From a virus (lineage: Duplodnaviria > Caudoviricetes), in IMG/VR virus record IMGVR_UViG_3300017761_007235, positions 1 to 32,102 of that record: a stretch of 32,102 nt of DNA; one strand, given 5' to 3'. Of this stretch, positions 20,150 through 28,899 are shown piece after piece (positions within the stretch are counted from its first letter, which is position 1; each line of letters begins with the position of its first letter). The notes beneath the pieces are model-generated. The model had not been told where the DNA came from and did not search any database. It was given only the letters and a program-made list of their open reading frames with translations. The position numbers were made by a program, and so were the translations under genes.

Positions 20150-20896
20150 TTAAACTGTAAAAAACGATGGATCAATGGTGAGATCTAACTGTTTTCCATC
20201 TTTTATAAAAGCAGTCTTTTCAAAGTTGCGAACTTCGTTTATATAATCAAATATCTTAGAATTAAGTGTAAGTGGCAGCTTTTCAACTAGCTGTACCTTC
20301 TGTTCAAATGTTACATCTTTGAAGTTGAGCTCAACTATTTTACCGCTATTGTCAATGGATATTTTGTCAATGTATTTTACAAGCTCATTAATAAACATTT
20401 CACCAACTGCTTCCTTTGAAAGGGAATCACTTTTATCTTGACCTATCTTCTTTGCTGTTTCTCTGTTAATTTCAGTATCTTTAGTGAGCGAGGGTACTTG
20501 TAAATTTACCTTTAGATTATTATCACTAATTTCTTTTTGTTTTAAATGTTCAGGCAGGGCAGCAGCGCTGTTCAATATGAAGCTGAAATCAATTGCTGTG
20601 TTGTCAATTTTTATTTCTTTAGAAAGTGATAGAACTCTGAGACAAGTTATAATAAAGTTTTTATCTGTAAGCAAGAACTCTACATTCTCACAAGCATTGT
20701 CTTTAATAATTGTATTAAGAAAATTAGAAAAAGATACACCTATAAATCCTGTCTCTAAGGCGCTTTTTACTGCTTCTTTTTGCTGCTTGGTGTTGAGTCC
20801 TTTGAATTTAATTTTTCTGTTTACTGATGGTACGAATATATCGTATTGAACAGTGAGATTGTTTAATGAAGATATAGCATCAGAGAAGTTATCCAT
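20150..20896 (-). CDS. Baseplate hub/tail assembly chaperone, gp26-like
   Basis: YDIFVPSVNRKIKFKGLNTKQQK...DKNFIITCLRVLS resembles gp26-type Y.L.LPS..K.IKYRPF..KEEK...D.EY.FL..R..S. Confidence 0.65.
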   Translation of the reverse strand: MDNFSDAISSLNNLTVQYDIFVPSVNRKIKFKGLNTKQQKEAVKSALETGFIGVSFSNFLNTIIKDNACENVEFLLTDKNFIITCLRVLSLSKEIKIDNTAIDFSFILNSAAALPEHLKQKEISDNNLKVNLQVPSLTKDTEINRETAKKIGQDKSDSLSKEAVGEMFINELVKYIDKISIDNSGKIVELNFKDVTFEQKVQLVEKLPLTLNSKIFDYINEVRNFEKTAFIKDGKQLDLTIDPSFFTV

Positions 20897-20900
20897 ACTG

Positions 20901-21752
20901 TTATTTACTTAGAGATGTAGATTTGTCAAGATTCTTGTTTTGTTCGGCATTTATCTTTTCTATCTCTGCTTTATAGAAGTTGCTTAGTAAAATATTTTCA
21001 ATTAGAGTGTTTTTATCTACATATTCTGCAGAATAAAGTAGTTTGTTTACCAGAATATATTGTAATTCATATAAACTAATCAAATCTGTTTGATAAAATG
21101 CTTTTAAAATTTCAAACAAGCTGTTGTTGAAAGGGTTGACAGTAATCTTCGAATCAATAAGCAGTTTAAATTCAAGAATTAAGTCGGAATATTGTTCTTC
21201 CATCTCATCACAGTAAGCTTTGACTTTTGCAGATATCTGAGCGGGCAATTGTTCAATTATTTTATTTTTTTCTTCAGCATTCAATGCTGATACATCAATA
21301 TTTTTTTTATTTATCTTTACATTGTAAATTGTGTCATAGATTACATCAAAAGTATTTGATGAATAAAGGTATTTTGGTAGGTTTAGCTGCAGCTCTATGT
21401 CATTTACAGTAACAATGCTGTTTGTTTCAACTTTTTTATCTACGCATTTAACTAAAAATGGATATAAAGAAATTTTTGCTGTACTTGTGCCGCTTTTAAG
21501 CTCCACTTCTGGGGAAATGCAACTACTTCGAAGCAAATAAAGCCCTACAAATTTATCAAAATTAGTTAATTGACAGAAATATTCTTTTTCTTTAAGATTA
21601 TCAAGAATAATATCATCAAAACATTGAGATATATGAGCATGGTTATTGTTTGTAATAAATTTATTGAGAGTAAAAAACTGATGAAAGGTAAGTTCTTTCA
21701 AGTTTAAATTCTTTTTTAAAGATGGCGCGTAAAAATTTAAATAGAAGTCCAT
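20901..21752 (-). CDS. gp26-like paralogue with C-terminal gp51-like extension
   Basis: FYAPSLKKNLNLKELT...LTNFDKFVGLYLLRSSCIS; C-terminus LISLYELQYILVNKLLYSAEYVDKNTLIENILL resembles the small hub-assembly catalyst of T4-like cyanophages. Confidence 0.55.
   Translation of the reverse strand: MDFYLNFYAPSLKKNLNLKELTFHQFFTLNKFITNNNHAHISQCFDDIILDNLKEKEYFCQLTNFDKFVGLYLLRSSCISPEVELKSGTSTAKISLYPFLVKCVDKKVETNSIVTVNDIELQLNLPKYLYSSNTFDVIYDTIYNVKINKKNIDVSALNAEEKNKIIEQLPAQISAKVKAYCDEMEEQYSDLILEFKLLIDSKITVNPFNNSLFEILKAFYQTDLISLYELQYILVNKLLYSAEYVDKNTLIENILLSNFYKAEIEKINAEQNKNLDKSTSLSK
20902..20907 (-). promoter_or_regulatory. Late-type TAAATA box overlapping upstream stop
   Basis: AGT AAA TAA (S-K-stop); 5 nt to ATG 20896. 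Confidence 0.6.
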
Positions 21753-21761
21753 TATAAGAAC

Positions 21762-22670
21762 TTATAGGAAGCCTAGAGGATTTATACTGCCAATACCATT
21801 CTGGAAAGAAGTAACTCTGGGTATATCACCGTTAGAGATTCTATTTACAAGATCCTGTACAGGCAGATAAAGGCCATTTTCAATGGTATAATTTGAATAT
21901 GTCCATCGGGTTGTTATGTTGTTTACAACTTCATCAGTGTAATTGTAGTTTTCTTCTCCAATATTATAGGGCATACAGTTGTAAAAATGCCATACCTTTC
22001 TAGGTATCATGGAAATACTATTCAAAGTACGGGCATATTGCAATAAAGTCATATTACACTTCATATTTCTCACATCTCTTTTACCAGGGGTGTCTCCAGG
22101 TCTAGATACCATGCCGAAATGTGACCCTAATATAACCCAGGGTCTGAGTAAATTGTCAATGAAAGATGTGTTTGTATCTCTAAATTCAATGGTAAGTGTG
22201 GGTGGATCGACTTGTCGATTACTGCCAATTATACCGGGAAGAAACCCTCTATTGTTTGGTACAGAAGCAGAATCCACATTAAATTGTTCAGCAGGTATAG
22301 AGATTGAATTGGCAAACAAACATCCAATTATTCTTTGCAGAGGGAAGCTTTTTAAAATTGCAACAGATGTAGATATGTCCCACCCTTTTTTACCACCATC
22401 TGTTATCTCCAAGCCTTGTAATATGTCAGAACGTAAAGCAACAGGGAAGTTATCAATCACTATTACCCATTGTGTTGACATAGGAATAGCGGTAAACCAC
22501 GATTCCATTTGTGTAAGAAAATAATCTCTCGGGCTAATTAAAGGTACACCGGGTATATTAAACCCAAATAATTCCGTAATTTGAGGAGCAAACGATGGGT
22601 TTTGCCCATTAAAAAGACCAGTAAAATTCTGCTCTAAAGCCTGCAGTGCTGAGGTGAACGGATTATCCAC
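21762..22670 (-). CDS. Tail-tube-fold protein, gp54-like tube initiator (GTG start)
   Basis: FANSISIP, LTIEFRDT, LLRPW, WHFYNCMPYNIG, WTYSNY tube-fold pattern; follows gp19. Confidence 0.65.
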   Translation of the reverse strand: MDNPFTSALQALEQNFTGLFNGQNPSFAPQITELFGFNIPGVPLISPRDYFLTQMESWFTAIPMSTQWVIVIDNFPVALRSDILQGLEITDGGKKGWDISTSVAILKSFPLQRIIGCLFANSISIPAEQFNVDSASVPNNRGFLPGIIGSNRQVDPPTLTIEFRDTNTSFIDNLLRPWVILGSHFGMVSRPGDTPGKRDVRNMKCNMTLLQYARTLNSISMIPRKVWHFYNCMPYNIGEENYNYTDEVVNNITTRWTYSNYTIENGLYLPVQDLVNRISNGDIPRVTSFQNGIGSINPLGFL

Positions 22671-22675
22671 CTAAT

Positions 22676-22681
22676 TATTTA
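22676..22681 (-). promoter_or_regulatory. Late-type TAAATA box
   Basis: TAAATA-N5-GTG(22670). Confidence 0.6.
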
Positions 22682-22682
22682 A

Positions 22683-23231
22683 TTAATTCAGTCTTCTCCA
22701 GTAGTGAAATGATATCGTGGAGGTAAATTCAATTGTATTGCCAGTTCCTTCAGAAATATTATACTGCAGAGGTCCTACGCTTCTAACAGAAACACCAACT
22801 AGCTGATATTGAGCAACCTTGTTCATTTGATTATCCAATTGTACTAGGTCAATGATAGCAGTCTGCTTAGGAGCAAAGTAATTACCAGTAGAATTAGCAT
22901 CATTGAAGATGTCCTGTGACCATTGTTCAAACTTCTGACGGATTTTGGACTGGGCATCAGCATAGAATGTCAAGCTATAAGCATCAGAACCAGGATAAGT
23001 AGCATTTCCAGGCACATTGAAATTGAGACCCATGTAAGGGACTGTTACATTGCTGATGGATCTTTCAGGTAGAGAAGCAGTCTTGATGTAAACTAAATCG
23101 TCTTGATCAAATTCTACAGTTGATGCACCACCTGTGTTGATGGACAGTACTCTGAAGCTATAATCACGAGCAAACTCTCTGTTTTGCGCTACTCTATAAA
23201 AGTCTTGAATTAATTGATTTACATCGGCCAT
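22683..23231 (-). CDS. gp19: Tail tube protein, T4 gp19-like
   Basis: KTASLP, VTVPYMG, PG...Y, IRQKFEQW, LVQLD, IEFTSTISFHYW; directly after sheath. Confidence 0.9.
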   Translation of the reverse strand: MADVNQLIQDFYRVAQNREFARDYSFRVLSINTGGASTVEFDQDDLVYIKTASLPERSISNVTVPYMGLNFNVPGNATYPGSDAYSLTFYADAQSKIRQKFEQWSQDIFNDANSTGNYFAPKQTAIIDLVQLDNQMNKVAQYQLVGVSVRSVGPLQYNISEGTGNTIEFTSTISFHYWRRLN

Positions 23232-23236
23232 AAAAT

Positions 23237-23242
23237 TATTTA
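23237..23242 (-). promoter_or_regulatory. Late-type TAAATA box
   Basis: ATAAATA-N5-ATG(23231). Confidence 0.65.
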
Positions 23243-23255
23243 TTCCCCTTCATGT

Positions 23256-25613
23256 TTATGAGACAATCTCCTGGAAGCTTACACCAGAACGGGTAGCATA
23301 GAAGTTTGCAAGGATAAATTCTGCAGCTCTTGTAGGTTTAAGATAAATGTCTACTACAAGTGTGTTGGCATCAATAATGTCTGGTGTATTGTTTCTTTCG
23401 TCACAAATAATCAAGTAATCGTACACACCCTGTGTATTCTTTGCATTATCAAATATAGGTGTGAGGGTGTTTAATACTTGTGTTCTGGTGAACAATGTGT
23501 TTGGTTCAAATACAAAATACTTCACAGCATTCTTTGTTGCAGTTTCAAGATTCAAGAACAATCTGCGCACATTGATTCTATCAAATGCACTTGGCTTTTT
23601 CTGCAAGGTCTTTTGACCGTACACTACAAACCCTTCACCTGGGAAGAATGCAATGGGGTTCAGATTGATCTTATATAGTTGATCTCTTTGTTTCTGTTTG
23701 GGAAAAATACCAAGATCTGTAACACCTGTCACAACACCTCTTGTAAACCCTGCAGTTGCAAACCATGGTTGAAAGTTGCTATCAGTATTGCCCATTAATC
23801 CTGCAGCAAATCCTGAGAAAGGAACCCATACTTCTTGAGTAGAAGCAATATCAGCCACTTTAACACAATTTGCATAAGTGCAAACATAACTAGAATTGAT
23901 GGATGAGAATTGATTTCTCAATGGCCAGTAAATATTGTTTGAGAAAGTCTTGGAAGGATCATCAAGAGTCTTGATGTTGAGACCTTCAACAAAGATATTA
24001 GTAATTGGATCGGCTATAAACAACAGATCCTTGCGTTTATCTTGTGCAAAAGAAACAAATTGTTGTGCCACTGCAGTGTACTGGCTCAATACAGCTGATG
24101 TCACACCAGTGCTTTGTGAAGAAAGACCGCTCTGTACTGCATTATAGCCAACTGTGTCATCAAAATAACCACTTGTGGCAGGGTTAAAGGAATTAACGTA
24201 AATCGTTCCTAATCCTGCTTCTACAGCAATATTGAAAGAGTAGATATCAGAATTTTCTGTTTTATCAAACAGTAATTGTAGTTTTGTTGGCACATTGCCA
24301 ATGATCTTTGTATCAATGTTTTGTGGTGTATAATCACCAAGAGCAACTAGAGCATCAACAGTGCCTAGTGTGCTATTAAATGCTGCTATGGCAGCACTAG
24401 GAGCACCAACACGTGTGTTGTATGTGTCAGGTGTGTCATTAGGTACAGGTGTACCTAATTGTGCACCAAGGAAACGAATTTTCTTTGTAGGTACACCTTG
24501 ATCATTCAACCAGCTAGTGGAAAGTCTGTTGGAAATATTAGGGTTAACCAATGTAGTAATCTGTGAAGAGTTGTTATCGAGAGTTTCTAGGAAGAAGCTC
24601 TTGGCAGGTCCGCCATTTTCATCATTAATCTGACGATAATAGTCAAATGATCCAAGGTAACTTTCTTCTAAAACATAATCTAAAGCAATTGTATCAGGTG
24701 AGAAGACTGACTGACGCAATTTAAATACACCCAAGGCTGCTGTATCATCAAACTGACTATTAAAGATATCAAAAGATGGTATGTTTTCCAATGTTTCAGA
24801 TACACTGTTACCAATACCTGCTGTAATTGCAGAGAGAGGAAATGCTAGTCTAGCATCAGGTAATACGTTGTATTGTGTGCCAGATGTAGTTGTTGCAATT
24901 GTGTTGAGTGAAAGCACTCTGTTGACAACGTTAAAAGGTGTTGCAGGATTGAGATTGGTATTGTCAACCAATCCAATATAATATCCTTCAAATCTGCTGT
25001 TGATTGAAGACTGTGATTTATTGAGAATAATTAGACCAGCTTTGCCAAAATCTGCAACTGAAGCAAAAGATGTGCTGATGTTTCCATTGGCAGCACTGCT
25101 TGTGGAGCTCCATGTAAATGCTGTACCACGCAAGATATCGAGATATTCTTGTTGAGTCAGTTTGTAATGTGTGGGTGTACCAAAAACATATGTAGCACTA
25201 GCCCCATCTAGAGTTGTGTTACTATATTGTCCTTGAGTTACAGGTGTGTAACTAGCAGCATTTGTTGCACTGGTTCCAGGATAATATGCAGCAACAGGGT
25301 AAACTAATGCTGTGTAAAGATCAGTTGTATTGATACCAGCGCCTTCACCATATGGAAGGCGGTATACAATAATATCAGAAGGGCTTTGAAAAGCGGCTTT
25401 AACAGAGTGGTAAAAATATCTCTCTGCGGCATTAGTAGGTGTGCCATAGATTTGTTCAAATTCTGAAAGACTTGCAACTGCAATTGTCTCAGCAATAGGT
25501 CCTTTAGGAGCAAACCCAGGCAAAAGTATTGATGTTACTCCTGCTGGTGTCTGTGTCAATGAGAGATCTACTTCTTGAATTTGAACGCCGGGGCTTTGAA
25601 TCGTACGTGCCAT
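23256..25613 (-). CDS. gp18: Tail sheath protein, T4 gp18-like
   Basis: SPGVQIQEVDLS, PWFATAGFTRG, GQKTLQKKPSAFDRINVRRLF, FEPN, CDERNNTP, KPTRAAEFI. Confidence 0.97.
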   Translation of the reverse strand: MARTIQSPGVQIQEVDLSLTQTPAGVTSILLPGFAPKGPIAETIAVASLSEFEQIYGTPTNAAERYFYHSVKAAFQSPSDIIVYRLPYGEGAGINTTDLYTALVYPVAAYYPGTSATNAASYTPVTQGQYSNTTLDGASATYVFGTPTHYKLTQQEYLDILRGTAFTWSSTSSAANGNISTSFASVADFGKAGLIILNKSQSSINSRFEGYYIGLVDNTNLNPATPFNVVNRVLSLNTIATTTSGTQYNVLPDARLAFPLSAITAGIGNSVSETLENIPSFDIFNSQFDDTAALGVFKLRQSVFSPDTIALDYVLEESYLGSFDYYRQINDENGGPAKSFFLETLDNNSSQITTLVNPNISNRLSTSWLNDQGVPTKKIRFLGAQLGTPVPNDTPDTYNTRVGAPSAAIAAFNSTLGTVDALVALGDYTPQNIDTKIIGNVPTKLQLLFDKTENSDIYSFNIAVEAGLGTIYVNSFNPATSGYFDDTVGYNAVQSGLSSQSTGVTSAVLSQYTAVAQQFVSFAQDKRKDLLFIADPITNIFVEGLNIKTLDDPSKTFSNNIYWPLRNQFSSINSSYVCTYANCVKVADIASTQEVWVPFSGFAAGLMGNTDSNFQPWFATAGFTRGVVTGVTDLGIFPKQKQRDQLYKINLNPIAFFPGEGFVVYGQKTLQKKPSAFDRINVRRLFLNLETATKNAVKYFVFEPNTLFTRTQVLNTLTPIFDNAKNTQGVYDYLIICDERNNTPDIIDANTLVVDIYLKPTRAAEFILANFYATRSGVSFQEIVS

Positions 25614-25619
25614 ATAAAG

Positions 25620-25625
25620 TATTTA
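25620..25625 (-). promoter_or_regulatory. Late-type TAAATA box
   Basis: ATAAATA-N6-ATG(25613). Confidence 0.65.
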
Positions 25626-25655
25626 TTTATTTTGAGACAAAGTTTTGAATTTTTT

Positions 25656-26282
25656 TTATAGATTGTCAACATTTTCTACAAGTTTAACAATAAATTGTGA
25701 ATAAGCAAAGGTAAATGATGTTTCTATCTCATCAGAAGTGCGGTAATTCAGGTTCATTCCTCCTAAGGATGTGGGAAATGCTTTTTTAAATACAAATTCT
25801 ACCACTCTTTTATCATATTCATCTAAAAGAAATAAAGAGATATCAGTTGAGTATTCTGCAATTGATTCAATATCAGGTTTAATGTTTTTAAGTTCAGCAG
25901 GGCGGTTGGCTAGATTTTTAGGATCGTAGATGCCTGTCTCAGCATCATTGAGAATATTTAACCAAGAATATATGACCCAGTAATTGTTCATTCTGTTATC
26001 TACAGTAAAGTTTACAGTGACAGGTTCCCAGAGAGGTCGGTGAAAGCTTGATTGTGCATATGTCTGGCCACCATATAATATATCCACTTGTGGAATTACT
26101 ATCTCGGGTATGGTGGCTCCATAAACAGAAAATTGCATTGTATTCAAATTAATACTGTCCTCATCTCTTGTAAATTTGGAATTAATTTTCTTAAGAGTAT
26201 CAGGCAGACTAAGAACAAGTAAAAACCGATCTTTGCGTAACTTGTTGAAAGGACTCTGATTATACTGTTTGGAATTAGCCAT
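25656..26282 (-). CDS. gp3: Tail completion/tube terminator, T4 gp3-like
   Basis: WEPVTVNFTVDNRMNNYWVIYSWL, FKKAFPTSLGG, TFAYSQF. Confidence 0.75.
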   Translation of the reverse strand: MANSKQYNQSPFNKLRKDRFLLVLSLPDTLKKINSKFTRDEDSINLNTMQFSVYGATIPEIVIPQVDILYGGQTYAQSSFHRPLWEPVTVNFTVDNRMNNYWVIYSWLNILNDAETGIYDPKNLANRPAELKNIKPDIESIAEYSTDISLFLLDEYDKRVVEFVFKKAFPTSLGGMNLNYRTSDEIETSFTFAYSQFIVKLVENVDNL

Positions 26283-27975
26283 TTAAAAAGGTCCACCCTT
26301 CGTCATGTAGTTCACTGAGATCAGTATTTTGCTCTTCATTATTTCCTTTAATGAGAACTGGTGATGGTACATAATCTGTTTTGTTTTTTTCATTATTATA
26401 AAAGCTGTTAGGATTTATAAAATATTTAATACCGTAATCAAGAGATTTGATCTTTAATGGTTTTTTATTATCATCATATTCTTGTACTTCAAAATACTTC
26501 TCAGCTAATTCATTTTCAAGAATTATAAGAGTCCATACAAGCGACATAACTCTGTCATCCCAACTGTCAACCCCAGGACGAGCGCTCCAAGTACCATTTG
26601 CATGACGTACAAACCCTTTGAGCTCTATGAGAGTATTAATATCACGGATCTTAACTGCTTTCAATTCATTGATCCAGTATCTCATATTGGTAACACCTTT
26701 GTATTTGGTGTTGGTATGGGCTTGTACTCCTATTTTATCGGTAGAGTTTTTAGTACCATATGAAACAATGTTTTCATAATGCAGTGAATTCTTTAGTTGG
26801 TCGACCACCTGTGCACCACAATTGTTTCTTTCTATCATGGCAAGAGGAGAGCCCCAATGTTGCAATATTTCATGAAGCTTGGAAGTGAAATTATAAGGGG
26901 AGATGTTTCTATTATGATAGCAAGCAACTTGTTCTATGTTTTTTAGATTGGTAATATCTAATATTTGTATGACGCTTGCAGCTGCCCCTACACCTTCACT
27001 GATATCAACACCTGCAACATATATTCTATCTTGCTTGTATGTGTCCCATAACAAATAATTCCCATCATCATAAACAAAATCTGGTTCTTTAATTTCAGCT
27101 TTCATTTCTTCAAACATTTTTTCATTAACTGAACTTTCACCAGTCTGCAAGAACACATTTCCAAACTCTTGATCAAATGCTTCAACACTACCCAGAGATC
27201 TAATTGTCTTGTCTCTCCACTCTTCATCGCGGCCAGGAACTTCCCACCAATCCACTCTTTCTGCCTTCCAATCATTTTTACCTTCCATGGCACCGTTGTA
27301 GAGTTCGTAAAACAAGTTGTCAGTTCCATTGGGGGTGCTAGCAATAAAGATTTTAGATTTTTTAGATGAAGAGATGATAGGATATACTGAACGCCAGAAC
27401 TGCTCAACAAGATGGTTGTCGATGAAGGCAAGCTCATCCAATATCAAACAGTTCACAGATGATCCTCTGCCTGCATCAGATGATGTGGTTGAAATACCAA
27501 TGCTACTCCCATTCCCTAGGGTCATGGATGTCTTGCCATATTCTACTGCACCAGGTTTTAGGTAGTTGGGCAATTGCTCATATGCTAATCTTACGCGTTT
27601 GAAGATGTTGATAGCAGTACTCTCTTTATTGGCTACAATTAAGATGTTTTGATCTTCATTAAAACAAGCAATCCACAGGGCATATATGGTGAGGAGTGTA
27701 GATTTACCTATTTGTCTTGATGCTAATAATACTACAAATCTTGAATCTCTTAATGAGCGCAGTATCTTTTTTTGATAGTTATATAGTTCTATTTGTATCT
27801 TACCTTTGTCCAGGTTAACAATATAGAAGAAGTTTTCTGCAAAGAATAATATGTTCTTTCTGCATTTTTGTATGTCTGCAACCCATTTGGGATTAGAAGC
27901 ATAATCAAACTCTGCATTGGCTGTAGGTAGGTTCTTATTGCCTAAATAAAATTGTTTAGAGTTCTTTTCACTCAT
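26275..27975 (-). CDS. gp17: Terminase large subunit, T4 gp17-like
   Basis: Walker A ASRQIGKS, Walker B LILDE, IASTPNG, FDQEF, nuclease AGVDISEG and DDRVMS. Confidence 0.97.
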   Translation of the reverse strand: MSEKNSKQFYLGNKNLPTANAEFDYASNPKWVADIQKCRKNILFFAENFFYIVNLDKGKIQIELYNYQKKILRSLRDSRFVVLLASRQIGKSTLLTIYALWIACFNEDQNILIVANKESTAINIFKRVRLAYEQLPNYLKPGAVEYGKTSMTLGNGSSIGISTTSSDAGRGSSVNCLILDELAFIDNHLVEQFWRSVYPIISSSKKSKIFIASTPNGTDNLFYELYNGAMEGKNDWKAERVDWWEVPGRDEEWRDKTIRSLGSVEAFDQEFGNVFLQTGESSVNEKMFEEMKAEIKEPDFVYDDGNYLLWDTYKQDRIYVAGVDISEGVGAAASVIQILDITNLKNIEQVACYHNRNISPYNFTSKLHEILQHWGSPLAMIERNNCGAQVVDQLKNSLHYENIVSYGTKNSTDKIGVQAHTNTKYKGVTNMRYWINELKAVKIRDINTLIELKGFVRHANGTWSARPGVDSWDDRVMSLVWTLIILENELAEKYFEVQEYDDNKKPLKIKSLDYGIKYFINPNSFYNNEKNKTDYVPSPVLIKGNNEEQNTDLSELHDEGWTFLNG

Positions 27976-27980
27976 TTATA

Positions 27981-27990
27981 TAAGTATTTA
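27981..27990. promoter_or_regulatory. Overlapping divergent late boxes
   Basis: + TAAGTA 27981-27986 (7 nt to ATG 27994); - TAAATA 27985-27990 (9 nt to ATG 27975). Confidence 0.5.
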
Positions 27991-27993
27991 CAC

Positions 27994-28833
27994 ATGAACC
28001 TTACACGTACAATGAAAGATTTAGAAAACGTTTATTCCGAAAAAGTCACTTTTCCCCCCAAAGGGACATTTGAATTAGCCAAAGGTGCCAAGGAGAAAAA
28101 GAAAGCATTCATAAGCAAACCATCAGGACCTGCAGAAGCTGAAGGCGTTATGGAGATATCTGACCCTAAGAAATTAAAAGGCAAAGAAACCTTTCAAGGC
28201 ACAGAAAAGTTCTCTTCTCAAAATTTTACTGAAAATAATGAAAAAATTGAGCAGAAGAATATAAATAATTTTATGAGCAAATCAATTTTTGATAAACTAT
28301 TTGAAGATGTAATGGGTGTTGATGGCGCTGACACAGAAGCCAAAGACGCTCTTGACCTTGGCGTTGGCGCCGAAGCTGAAGCAGTTGCAGAAGAGGGTGA
28401 TGTAACAATTACTCTTAGCCGCGACTTGGCCAAGAAGCTGCACGACGTGCTTATGGGCGTATTAGGCGCTGAAGCTGAAGGTGAATCTGAAGATGCAGAA
28501 GGCCATGACAAAGAATCTGAAGATGCAGAAGGTCATGGTGAAGAATCAGAGCACATGGTTGCTGGTGAAGCAACAGAACTAACTGAAGTAAAGCCTGCTG
28601 CTGGTTTGAGCCTGACTGATAAAAATAACAAAGTTGGTGATGAAACTGCCAAGCTTGTTGCAAAAGGTGGCGGTGATGGCAAAGTCACTGACAAAGTTGG
28701 TAACGACGGCGACAAAGGCCATGCCCTTGTAGGTGCTGGTGTTAAGGGTGGTGCTCCAACATCTCCTAAAGGTAAAGCCAATGTAGTAGCTAGTAAGACT
28801 TCACATGTTGGCAGCTACCTCTTCCAAAAATAA
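27994..28833 (+). CDS. Charged low-complexity late protein, candidate internal head/core protein (279 aa; start revised from 27952)
   Basis: Acidic middle, G/K-rich C-terminus, followed by a strong terminator; a start at 27952 would overlap gp17. Confidence 0.7.
   Translation: MNLTRTMKDLENVYSEKVTFPPKGTFELAKGAKEKKKAFISKPSGPAEAEGVMEISDPKKLKGKETFQGTEKFSSQNFTENNEKIEQKNINNFMSKSIFDKLFEDVMGVDGADTEAKDALDLGVGAEAEAVAEEGDVTITLSRDLAKKLHDVLMGVLGAEAEGESEDAEGHDKESEDAEGHGEESEHMVAGEATELTEVKPAAGLSLTDKNNKVGDETAKLVAKGGGDGKVTDKVGNDGDKGHALVGAGVKGGAPTSPKGKANVVASKTSHVGSYLFQK
28262..28267 (+). promoter_or_regulatory. Internal late-type TAAATA box
   Basis: TATAAATA-N5-ATG(28273), in frame with host ORF. Confidence 0.6.
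28273..28833 (+). CDS. Putative nested in-frame short isoform (186 aa)
   Basis: Own late box; begins MSKSIFDKLFED. Confidence 0.5.
   Translation: MSKSIFDKLFEDVMGVDGADTEAKDALDLGVGAEAEAVAEEGDVTITLSRDLAKKLHDVLMGVLGAEAEGESEDAEGHDKESEDAEGHGEESEHMVAGEATELTEVKPAAGLSLTDKNNKVGDETAKLVAKGGGDGKVTDKVGNDGDKGHALVGAGVKGGAPTSPKGKANVVASKTSHVGSYLFQK
28483..28550 (+). repeat. 30-bp coding tandem repeat (~2.3 copies)
   Basis: GAATCTGAAGATGCAGAAGGYCATG x2; ESEDAEGHDK-ESEDAEGHGE-ESE. Confidence 0.85.
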
Positions 28834-28851
28834 TTTAAATTATTTTAAAAT

Positions 28852-28885
28852 AAAAAAAGCCTAACGCAAGTTAGGCTTTTTTTTT
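28852..28885 (+). terminator. Intrinsic terminator (potentially bidirectional)
   Basis: A7-GCCTAAC-GCAA-GTTAGGC-T9; GNRA tetraloop. Confidence 0.92.
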
Positions 28886-28888
28886 GAT

Positions 28889-28894
28889 TAAATA
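28889..28894 (+). promoter_or_regulatory. Late-type TAAATA box
   Basis: TAAATA-N5-ATG(28900), immediately after terminator. Confidence 0.7.
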
Positions 28895-28899
28895 ACTAT

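Noticed and set aside
23245-23250. AAGGGG upstream of gp19 as a Shine-Dalgarno
   Set aside because: 13 nt from the ATG and upstream of the TAAATA box; at best usable on read-through transcripts.
23256-27975. Intein, intron or homing endonuclease in terminase or sheath
   Set aside because: Terminase length is ordinary with contiguous motifs; extra sheath length looks like surface-domain insertion, with no splicing or nuclease motifs.
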